Part shown: piece by piece, positions 49,493 through 57,708 of the stretch | Layout: every line of letters starts with the position of its first letter | How positions within the stretch are numbered: the stretch's first letter is position 1 | From: a virus | DNA: 64,000 nt | Strand: one strand, 5' to 3' | Virus record (IMG/VR): IMGVR_UViG_3300031951_000017 | Coordinates: 1 to 64,000 of that record | Translations under genes and position numbers: made by a program | The notes under the pieces: generated by a model | The model's input: the letters and a program-made list of their open reading frames with translations, nothing else | What the model was told of the DNA's origin: nothing | The model's database searches: none

Positions 49493-51256
49493 ATTATAGA
49501 ATCTCCGATTAAAATATCTGAAATTGAAGCTTTAGAAATTCTCCAAAATTACTCTGGGGCTAATAACTACATTTTAAAATTAAAACAACAACAATCGGTC
49601 AATAAAAAATTTTACCCTACTAGGGCTCAAACCGATTATATTATTAATTATCACACTAAAGAACCAAAAGTCGCTAAAAGGTGGGTTGAAATTGATAACT
49701 ATTTTGCAAAAAAATTAGTTGAAGATAACCCTTTCATATCTGAACCTGAGAAAATTTATGTTGAAAAACTTTTGGTTGAGAAAGATAAATCATTCCACAT
49801 TTGGGGAAAAATTCATAGTGGGGATACGCTCCATGATTTTTGGGTTCCTAAAGCGGCAATAATTAAAGAACCAAAAAAAAATATTGTAAATGTAGATTAT
49901 TCCAAATATGATAATCGACCCCCACTTAGTCATCAAAAAGAAGCTATAGAAAAATTTTTAGCATACGATAAATTCATATTAGCCGATGATATGGGTCTCG
50001 GTAAGACAACCTCAACAATAATTGCGGCTTTGGAGAGTGGTGCTAATAAAATATTGATAGTTTGTCCCGCGTCTTTAAAATTGAATTGGGAAAGAGAAAT
50101 AAGGAATTACTCAGATAGACCTGTTTATATATGTGAAGGAAAAAAATATGAGGATGCGGATTTTGTGATTACAAACTATGATATTCTTAAAAATTTTCAT
50201 AGTGAAAGAGAAAAAGAAAATTCATTAATATTAAAATCAAAGTTTGATTTGGTAATTATTGATGAGGCTCACTACATTAGTAATACACAAGCTCAAAGGA
50301 CTAAATTAATTAATGATATTGTCTCAAACATAAGCAAAATATGGTTACTTACAGGTACTCCAATCACGTCTAGACCAATTAATTACTTCAATCTTTTACG
50401 TATGGTTGAAAATCCTGTTGCACAAAATTGGATGGCTTACGTTATCCGGTATTGTGAGGGATTCCAATTTAAGACAGGTAACCGAAAAGTTTGGAATGTA
50501 AACGGGGCGTCAAATTTAGAAGAATTACGTAATCGTATTTCTAAACAAGTTTTAAGACGATTAAAAACAGATGTTTTAGACCTTCCTGAAAAAATAATTT
50601 CACCTGTATATCTAAGATTACACTCTAGACAATATGAAGAATTTATGGGTGAATACTATGATTGGTATACTAATCGTGAGAATGAAAATAAATCAGTTGC
50701 TTTACAATTTTCTAAATTAACTAAGGTTAGACAAATAATTGCTGAAGAAAAAATTACTCATACCATTGAGGTTGCTGAAAATATTATTGAACAGGGTAAA
50801 AAAGTTATAATCTTTAGTAATTTTACAGAGCCGTTAAAGAAAATTTATGAACATTTTGGAAAAAAAGCGGTCTATCTAGATGGAACAACGACAAAACCAG
50901 CTAGACAAAAGGCCGTCGATGACTTCCAAGAGAATGACAAAGTGATGGTATTTTGTGGTAATATTAAAGCCGCAGGTGTTGGTTTAACATTAACTGCAGC
51001 TGAGGCTGTAATTATGAATGATTTATCATTCGTACCATCTGACCACTCACAAGCGGAAGATAGAGCTTATAGATATGGTCAGAAAAATTGTGTTTCAGTT
51101 TATTATCCAATCTTTGAAAACACAATTGAAGGTATTATTTATGATATTCTAAATCGTAAAAAAAATATCTTTGAAACTGTTATGGGTGACAATATTGATA
51201 AGACGGATATGGTGTTTGAAATTATGAATCAAATAAATTCTAATGAAAAAAGTTAA
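49493..51256 (+). CDS. SNF2-family (HARP-like) helicase; N-terminus extends upstream of the track start
   Basis: LADDMGLGKT, IIDEAH, LTGTP, RRLK, GVGLTLT, QAEDRAYRYGQ. The frame is open from 49484, 96 codons before the track's TTG at 49772; start placed tentatively at ATT 49493 (or ATA 49496). Confidence 0.85.
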   Translation: MIESPIKISEIEALEILQNYSGANNYILKLKQQQSVNKKFYPTRAQTDYIINYHTKEPKVAKRWVEIDNYFAKKLVEDNPFISEPEKIYVEKLLVEKDKSFHIWGKIHSGDTLHDFWVPKAAIIKEPKKNIVNVDYSKYDNRPPLSHQKEAIEKFLAYDKFILADDMGLGKTTSTIIAALESGANKILIVCPASLKLNWEREIRNYSDRPVYICEGKKYEDADFVITNYDILKNFHSEREKENSLILKSKFDLVIIDEAHYISNTQAQRTKLINDIVSNISKIWLLTGTPITSRPINYFNLLRMVENPVAQNWMAYVIRYCEGFQFKTGNRKVWNVNGASNLEELRNRISKQVLRRLKTDVLDLPEKIISPVYLRLHSRQYEEFMGEYYDWYTNRENENKSVALQFSKLTKVRQIIAEEKITHTIEVAENIIEQGKKVIIFSNFTEPLKKIYEHFGKKAVYLDGTTTKPARQKAVDDFQENDKVMVFCGNIKAAGVGLTLTAAEAVIMNDLSFVPSDHSQAEDRAYRYGQKNCVSVYYPIFENTIEGIIYDILNRKKNIFETVMGDNIDKTDMVFEIMNQINSNEKS

Positions 51257-51289
51257 AGTTTAGATTATTTATCGTATATTTGTGCCTTT

Positions 51290-52927
51290 ATGAAAAAGAT
51301 AGAAGAAAAAATTGATTTGATTGAATCTCAAATCAATGAAATCGAGTTAACCAAGAATAAAGATTTCTTGTTGACCGAAATGAAAAAAATTGGGATTGAA
51401 AAATTACCCTACTCCTACTCAGCCTTAAAATCATTCATTGATTCAGAAACAATGAATGTTCACTATAACAAACATTACAAAGGATACGTAGATAAATTAA
51501 ATGCTGCGTTAAGTAAGAAAAAATTTGGTGATATGGATTTGGAACAGATTGTTAAATCCATTAGTAAATTTAGTAAGGACGTTAGAAATAATGCAGGTGG
51601 TGCATACAATCACGCATTATTTTGGAAGATGTTATCACCAAAACCACAAAAACCTAAAAAATTGGTTTTAGCAAAAATTAACAAAGATTTTGGTGATATT
51701 TCTTCTTTTAAGAAAAAATTTAACCAAATTGCAAAGGAAAATTTTGGGTCAGGCTGGGTTTGGTTAATTGTTACCGATAAAAATAAATTAAAGGTCGTTA
51801 CTACACCAAATCAGGACAATCCACTAATGAATGATGCTGAAGACAAAGGGTATCCAATTTTAGGATTAGATTTGTGGGAACACGCATATTATTTGAAATA
51901 TAGAAATCAAAAAGATGACTATATTAAAAACTTTTGGTCAGTTGTAAATTGGGAATTTGTTGAAGAATTATATAAAATGAAAATGGAAACTAAACTTAAT
52001 GAATCTGTCATAACTCGGACATTGTTAGAACAAGAAGAAGATATCGTATTAAGTATTACCCCACAATATTGTAATGGTGGTGAGACTAACGTGATTTCAA
52101 AAATTATATTTGATACTAATCTAGAAAAAGACCAAAGGTCAAAAAGACAAGAGACTTGGAGGTCGATGATGTCAAATGGTATTCAAGAAATTTTAAAAAA
52201 TCACTTCCCAGAAAGATGGGAAAAACCTAGTCCTCTTCATAAACCAGGAGTCTATAGAGTACAGAATGGTATTAAAGTCAGGTCATTACTTAATAATTTG
52301 ACATCATCATATACAGCACTATGTGTTATTTATAAATTCATAAATGATTATCTCCGTCTCACTGACCAACCTCTTTTGGACTTTGATAGAGATAATTACG
52401 AAAAGACCACTTCAGAGGTGAAAAGATTTTTGTCAATTATTGATTCACTAAGAGGATATATCTTTAACCCAAGTACTGAAATTAATAAAAAAATTGGGAA
52501 TGCTCTTAAATTCTCTAGTTGTGAAGGTGACCAAAACGAAAAAGTTGCTTTACAAATTTTAATTGAGAATTATGGAGAGGGTTGTGCTAAACTAGAATCA
52601 GGTTTAGGGTTGACTAAAGATATGATTGGTGGGATTGATTGTATATTAAACACGGATGAAGGTGAAAAAACCGTACAAATTAAACCATTTAGAGCTCTAA
52701 AAGAAGAAAACTCTGAAATACATGTTTTAGGTGCCTCTTCAGTTAAGGACCATTCCGTTGACTTGTATATGTTCGTTGATAAGGACAACGGAGTCTTACA
52801 AATATTTAAGAACGAAGGTGTTAAGTTTGCACATAGAACATTTATATTCCCTAATACTTCACATATGGATAGTTTATCGGCTAAAAATCCTATTGAAAAA
52901 GTTAATTGTAGAATGTATCTTGTGTAA
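51290..52927 (+). CDS. Fe/Mn superoxide dismutase fused to a C-terminal PD-(D/E)xK-like domain
   Basis: LPYSYSAL, HYNKHY, NNAGGAYNHALFW, FGSGWVWL, NQDNP, DLWEHAYY supply all four metal ligands. ~300 extra aa follow, with E...KDMIGGIDCIL...TVQIKPF. Confidence 0.88.
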   Translation: MKKIEEKIDLIESQINEIELTKNKDFLLTEMKKIGIEKLPYSYSALKSFIDSETMNVHYNKHYKGYVDKLNAALSKKKFGDMDLEQIVKSISKFSKDVRNNAGGAYNHALFWKMLSPKPQKPKKLVLAKINKDFGDISSFKKKFNQIAKENFGSGWVWLIVTDKNKLKVVTTPNQDNPLMNDAEDKGYPILGLDLWEHAYYLKYRNQKDDYIKNFWSVVNWEFVEELYKMKMETKLNESVITRTLLEQEEDIVLSITPQYCNGGETNVISKIIFDTNLEKDQRSKRQETWRSMMSNGIQEILKNHFPERWEKPSPLHKPGVYRVQNGIKVRSLLNNLTSSYTALCVIYKFINDYLRLTDQPLLDFDRDNYEKTTSEVKRFLSIIDSLRGYIFNPSTEINKKIGNALKFSSCEGDQNEKVALQILIENYGEGCAKLESGLGLTKDMIGGIDCILNTDEGEKTVQIKPFRALKEENSEIHVLGASSVKDHSVDLYMFVDKDNGVLQIFKNEGVKFAHRTFIFPNTSHMDSLSAKNPIEKVNCRMYLV

Positions 52928-52934
52928 TTAATAA

Positions 52935-52965
52935 ATCGGCTAATATTTATAAAATAAAAGCCGAT
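52935..52965 (+). promoter_or_regulatory. late-promoter motif inside a hairpin that occludes the neck-gene start codon
   Basis: ATCGGCT (52935-41) pairs with AGCCGAT (52959-65, including the AT of ATG); TATTTAT at 52944-50 lies in the loop. Confidence 0.55.
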
Positions 52966-54085
52966 GTCTAAAATATCACAACCCGAAAGAAACAAGTTAT
53001 TTACAAAAGTAAGACACTTACTTGGTGCACCTTTAAGAGGTATTGAATTGGAAGATGAACAGATGGACACTCTGTTAGAATTTTCTATTGATGATTATTC
53101 ACAATATATACAAGATTGGTTAACTGAATCACAATGGTCATCATTGTATAATTTAAACTTGGATGAACAATCTTTGTCTAGAGCTTTTGTAACTAGAACT
53201 TTAGATTATGAAACAAGATACACTTATGCGTATTCAAAAATTGTTGGGTTACAAACTGGTGGTGATTGGGTTCTAAAGAAAGATTTTATAGAATTAAAAA
53301 AGAACCAACAAATTTATGAAATTCCTGCTGGTCGTGAACTTAATGAGTTACTTTGGTTCACACCATCAACACTGACAAATATTTTATTTGACCCTTGGTC
53401 TTTTGGTAGTATGGGTGGACCTGGTATTGGTGGACCAGGAGGATATGCACAATTAGGTTATAGTGGTTCATATTTCTTAATGCCAGCTTTTGACATGCTA
53501 TTAAGGATGCAAGAGATTAATATCCAAAGACGTATCATTGCTTCTGAAATGACTTATCGTGTTACTGCATTACCTGATGGTAAAAAAGCAATACATTTAA
53601 TGAATACTCCTGGTGGTAAGTTTGACTTTGGTAGTTCTAACTTCGTAAGTGGTAGAGTTTGGTATTGGTATTACGATGTGGGTCCCGCAGATAAAAATTC
53701 ATGTTTAAAAGCTAATCCCGATATTATTAGAACACCTAATGATGTCCCATATGAAGAACTTACATGGGACGATTTAAATAACCCATCAAGACAATGGGTT
53801 AGAAGATGGTTTGTTGCATATTGTAAAGAAACTTTAGCAAGAGTACGAGGAAAATACAGTGGAAACTTGAAAACTCCAGATTCTGAATTAACTTTAGATT
53901 ATACATCATTAGCGACTGAGGCTAAAGATGAAAAAACTAAACTTATTGATGAGTTGATTGGAACTGATGGAAGACTTACTAGATTAAAGCCTGAAAAGGT
54001 TATGGAGAGAGAAGCACAAATTGCCGAAAATCTTAACAAGTCTCTTAAATTCAGAGCAGCACCTCGTCAGATTTATGTAATTTAA
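52964..54085 (+). CDS. neck protein / head-tail adaptor (T4 gp13-like)
   Basis: 373 aa; LLGAPLRGIELEDEQMD and WVRRWFVAYCKETLARVRGKY are gp13-family patterns. Confidence 0.8.
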   Translation: MSKISQPERNKLFTKVRHLLGAPLRGIELEDEQMDTLLEFSIDDYSQYIQDWLTESQWSSLYNLNLDEQSLSRAFVTRTLDYETRYTYAYSKIVGLQTGGDWVLKKDFIELKKNQQIYEIPAGRELNELLWFTPSTLTNILFDPWSFGSMGGPGIGGPGGYAQLGYSGSYFLMPAFDMLLRMQEINIQRRIIASEMTYRVTALPDGKKAIHLMNTPGGKFDFGSSNFVSGRVWYWYYDVGPADKNSCLKANPDIIRTPNDVPYEELTWDDLNNPSRQWVRRWFVAYCKETLARVRGKYSGNLKTPDSELTLDYTSLATEAKDEKTKLIDELIGTDGRLTRLKPEKVMEREAQIAENLNKSLKFRAAPRQIYVI

Positions 54086-54088
54086 TGT

Positions 54089-54424
54089 ATGTCAATTATT
54101 AAGACAAGACCTGTTGACCGGGTTATTAATGGTCAAATTATTACTGGTTCTGAGGTTACCTTAGTATCAGAAACGTATTATGTTTGTAATGGTGAAAGTG
54201 TGGTAATTGTTAAAAATACACCATTCACAAAAATAAAATTAAATTCACTTAAAAACGACAGAGTCACAATTAAGTGTCTGACAAAAGTTTTATTACTTCC
54301 AGATTTCGGTAAAATAGATGAGATTTTTGATGAAATGGAGTTAGAAAATGGTGCTAGTGTTGAGTTAATATTTGCAATTGGTAACTGGTATATCCTATCA
54401 TCAGATGGGTTGAAACAGTCTTAG
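54089..54424 (+). CDS. hypothetical protein (small beta-rich, possibly structural)
   Basis: 111 aa; VTIK...GKIDE...GASVEL...GNWYILS resembles a tail-fibre-associated module. Confidence 0.55.
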   Translation: MSIIKTRPVDRVINGQIITGSEVTLVSETYYVCNGESVVIVKNTPFTKIKLNSLKNDRVTIKCLTKVLLLPDFGKIDEIFDEMELENGASVELIFAIGNWYILSSDGLKQS

Positions 54425-57216
54425 ACCATTTCTTCCCACCCTTCTTCAGCTAACTCATAGATATATTCAGGGTCAATTCCTCGTTTTTCCCAATATATTT
54501 TTTCTTGTTCGGTTATTGTTAATAAATCATCAATACTATCTTGGTCTTCGGGTTCAAATGGAACCCCATTTATTAATTTACATTGTTCCTTTGTAAAGAT
54601 ACCTCTTTTACTTGGGTCATCAACAATTAAGTTATTTCTAACTTCTTCACCAAATACAATCAACAATGGTTCAATACGTTTGTTAAACGTTACTATAGCT
54701 CTTGGTACATTGTATTCACCTAATAAACTTGGATTATTTTCTACTTCTGTTGGATTCAAACGATAACAATTAAGCTGAATGATTGAATCAATACTATCAT
54801 CGAGTATTTTACCAAATTCTTTTAGGTATTGTTCTTTGGTTTCATCTGACCAACCTTTTTTTGGTTTATTTACTTTCTGAACATCCCCATGAGAAGCCTT
54901 AACACCATTATTAACATAAAGAATAACCTCACCCAAACTAACGGCAATTTTATCTCTTATAGCCAATTCCATATGTGCCATTCTAGACATCTCATTACCA
55001 GCTTTAGTCTTTTCTTTTGAACGTTTACGATAATCATCCATAGACAACTTAACCTTTGCTCTTTGTGCGATTTTCATAAGTGGAATTTGTTTATTATAAA
55101 TATTTTCCAAGTATTCATAATACCACTCAACAAAATCTTGACCATTACCTTCTAACAACATTTTAATTCCTTTGTCCAAGAAATCTTCAATATATAAAGG
55201 TAGTTTCTTACTTTTGATGGAATTACCTGTAAGTTTAATCTTTCCGTTGTGTTCCATTGTTGCGTAGTTCTTACGAGCAATGTTCATACAGGATTTCCAA
55301 GTCCCATCACAATCAAGACCCATAGCACCTTTCATAAACATATCGTTAAACTCGGCAACATCCGCATCATAACCTTTATATTCCTTACCTTCTTTAACTA
55401 ACCAATTGTTACCCTTACCGATATACACTCTATCGTCCACACCACCTTCAGGTAACGAGAAGTTCATACCATCCGTATCACATACAAGAGGAGTATAACC
55501 TCGTTTCATAAAGAAACGTAACATCTGACGTAAGTATTGTCGTCCTGTACAAGTAATCTGTTCACCCATATACATATCACCCCAGTGGTATACTTGTGGT
55601 GCGGATAACGCTCCAAACATTGAGTTAATGAAAATCTTAATCGGTAATTGTTTGCGGTCATAAGATGTTGCTTGTTTTTTGTCAATATCCTGATATTCCT
55701 TAGCTAAGTTTTTATACTTGATACGGGTGTTACGGAAGTAATTTAACATTCCTTTCATCGCACCTGTAATATCGCAGGTTGGGAATACGTCATGAACCAA
55801 CTGAATGGAAGGATAAAGTGACGAGAAGTCAAGTTTCAATACATCGGTTGAAAAACCAACCTTTAGTAGTCGTGACAACCCTCCAACAAATTCTGTCTTT
55901 TCATTCTTAGCAGGGATTGCTAACTTATGTTTATAAGACCATGCTCTCATTTGAATTTCCCATAACGTAGCGGTTCCCATAGTTGAGACCCTTTCATATG
56001 TTGTTGGAACCAAAGACGCAAGTAGGAATGAACCCTGATTGAATTCTTCGTCAACTGTCAGAGTTTCTTCCAAGTCATCGTCAAGATATCTCTCAACCAA
56101 ATCATCACCTGTTGTTTTAATATATACGTTTGAATGTTTTGAACACGCTTCGTCAATTGTGGGGTCAATCCCCACTTTCTTATATTTACCATTTTGGATG
56201 TTCAACCAAAACGCTTCTTTCTTCGCGTAGAACGGACCGATATCTGTATGGTCAATGTATACACGGTCAGGTGCCTCAGCTTTAATATATTGAGTGATAT
56301 ACTTCAAACCTGCTGATTTAATAGATGAGTTAATTGCTTGAGCTCGTCTAACAGCATGTAATGTATCCACAACATTATAACCCCACATTGAAGTTTGGTT
56401 AAACCTTTCGACCTCGTTTGCCAACTTCAACATACTTTCAGATTGTTTGATTGGGTTCATTGGATTGAGGGTTTTTGCTATTTTCTTAATATCCAACTTT
56501 AACGCTTTGGCTCTTTCAAATATCCAAAACCAGTCAAAGTTGAATCCGTTGTAAGATGCGATAATACTTGGTTTGAGTTCATCTATTGTGTTGAAAAATT
56601 TGATAATACCTTCTCTTTCCTGTTCTTCAGTTGAGCACTCAATTACCTGACTAAAACCTTTATTGGTTTTCATCCCTATCATAAAAATACGACCATCCTT
56701 TGGTTCTAATGCGGTCGTCTCTAAGTCAAATACAAACCTCGTGATACTATTGTAATCGTCAAACCCCTTAAACAATCGTTTCTCTTTTGTGACTAAGAAT
56801 TGTTCAACAGGTGGTAAAATCAAAACTAAACTTTTAGTTTTTTCACCCCAAGGGTCAACACCCCCCTCTCTAAAAAATTGGATTAGTGAACGATATCCGT
56901 TTAATGATTTAACCATAAAAGTTAATCCTCTCTCTAGTCTATCATTACCATCAGTTCGTAATTTTTCAATGACAATTTTATGTTTTGTCATTGCTTCTTT
57001 TTGCAACGCCTTTGATGATTGATAAAAGTTTAGTCCACGTAAATCACCCACCCAGGCAAATGGGATGAATGTATCTTTTTTAATAAGTTTTCCATGAATT
57101 GGGTCTTCAATTATTTTCCAAATACAATCTTTGACGTAATCGTATTCTACTCCGATGATGTACTTTTCATCGTCATTTCCTTGTAGGAAATTCTCAATTT
57201 CTTCATTTGTTATCAT
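54421..57216 (-). CDS. polB: family B DNA polymerase with 3'-5' exonuclease
   Basis: 931 aa; ExoI FDLET, ExoII YNGFNFD, ExoIII YLDDD, motif A LDFSSLYPSI, motif B KIFINSMFG, motif C CDTDG, RKNYA. Confidence 0.95.
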   Translation of the reverse strand: MITNEEIENFLQGNDDEKYIIGVEYDYVKDCIWKIIEDPIHGKLIKKDTFIPFAWVGDLRGLNFYQSSKALQKEAMTKHKIVIEKLRTDGNDRLERGLTFMVKSLNGYRSLIQFFREGGVDPWGEKTKSLVLILPPVEQFLVTKEKRLFKGFDDYNSITRFVFDLETTALEPKDGRIFMIGMKTNKGFSQVIECSTEEQEREGIIKFFNTIDELKPSIIASYNGFNFDWFWIFERAKALKLDIKKIAKTLNPMNPIKQSESMLKLANEVERFNQTSMWGYNVVDTLHAVRRAQAINSSIKSAGLKYITQYIKAEAPDRVYIDHTDIGPFYAKKEAFWLNIQNGKYKKVGIDPTIDEACSKHSNVYIKTTGDDLVERYLDDDLEETLTVDEEFNQGSFLLASLVPTTYERVSTMGTATLWEIQMRAWSYKHKLAIPAKNEKTEFVGGLSRLLKVGFSTDVLKLDFSSLYPSIQLVHDVFPTCDITGAMKGMLNYFRNTRIKYKNLAKEYQDIDKKQATSYDRKQLPIKIFINSMFGALSAPQVYHWGDMYMGEQITCTGRQYLRQMLRFFMKRGYTPLVCDTDGMNFSLPEGGVDDRVYIGKGNNWLVKEGKEYKGYDADVAEFNDMFMKGAMGLDCDGTWKSCMNIARKNYATMEHNGKIKLTGNSIKSKKLPLYIEDFLDKGIKMLLEGNGQDFVEWYYEYLENIYNKQIPLMKIAQRAKVKLSMDDYRKRSKEKTKAGNEMSRMAHMELAIRDKIAVSLGEVILYVNNGVKASHGDVQKVNKPKKGWSDETKEQYLKEFGKILDDSIDSIIQLNCYRLNPTEVENNPSLLGEYNVPRAIVTFNKRIEPLLIVFGEEVRNNLIVDDPSKRGIFTKEQCKLINGVPFEPEDQDSIDDLLTITEQEKIYWEKRGIDPEYIYELAEEGWEEMV

Positions 57217-57272
57217 AAATTAAAATTTGGTCTATTTGCTTCCGAATTATAGGTCGGAATTTACCTTACATG

Positions 57273-57303
57273 CAAATATAAACAAAAATATTAATTTATC
57301 AAA
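57273..57303 (-). promoter_or_regulatory. Bacteroidota housekeeping-sigma promoter for polB
   Basis: Minus strand TTTG-ataaattaatatttttgtt(19 nt)-TATATTTG. Confidence 0.85.
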
Positions 57304-57684
57304 TTAACAACAAGCTTTGTCGGAAATAAAACTATCTTGTACGTTAATATATAGTTTTTCTCGTATTGGGACTATTAGGTTACCTTGTTCATTTCTCAAT
57401 AAAAATTGACCTTCATACCTTCCAGGTTTATTTGTATCCTTTTCAGAGAATTTATAATAGATATAAAACTCTGTTGGGGTTGTTTCATTTAAGAAATTTT
57501 TAGATACAAATCCTCCTTGTTTGGATAGGAATTTAGGAATACCTGTTTCAGTATCAACCATAGAAAATAGAATAGTTGATGTCTCAATTAAATCCATAAA
57601 ATTATGATAGTCACTTCTTCCATCCTTAACTACTTGCATTTTAAGTAATGGAAGAGTCGCACCCTTTTTAATATAAAATTCCAT
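57304..57684 (-). CDS. BppU N-terminal-like (baseplate upper) domain protein
   Basis: MEFYIKKGATLPLLKM...IYYKF...DT..PGRYEGQF...P. Start reassigned to ATG 57684 because TATTTAT sits 5 nt upstream of it, inside the track's extra 8 codons. Confidence 0.6.
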   Translation of the reverse strand: MEFYIKKGATLPLLKMQVVKDGRSDYHNFMDLIETSTILFSMVDTETGIPKFLSKQGGFVSKNFLNETTPTEFYIYYKFSEKDTNKPGRYEGQFLLRNEQGNLIVPIREKLYINVQDSFISDKACC

Positions 57685-57708
57685 AACAATAAATACTACG
57701 ATATTCAA

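Noticed and set aside
52570-53070. 166-aa minus-strand ORF and the other short antisense or nested ORFs in the track
   Set aside because: They lie wholly within or opposite well-supported genes and show shadow-frame composition (S/L/I/F-rich) without motifs.
15922-57216. Inteins or self-splicing introns in nrdA, nrdB, dnaB, recA or polB
   Set aside because: All are uninterrupted and of normal length, with no intein splice motifs or LAGLIDADG/HNH inserts seen.
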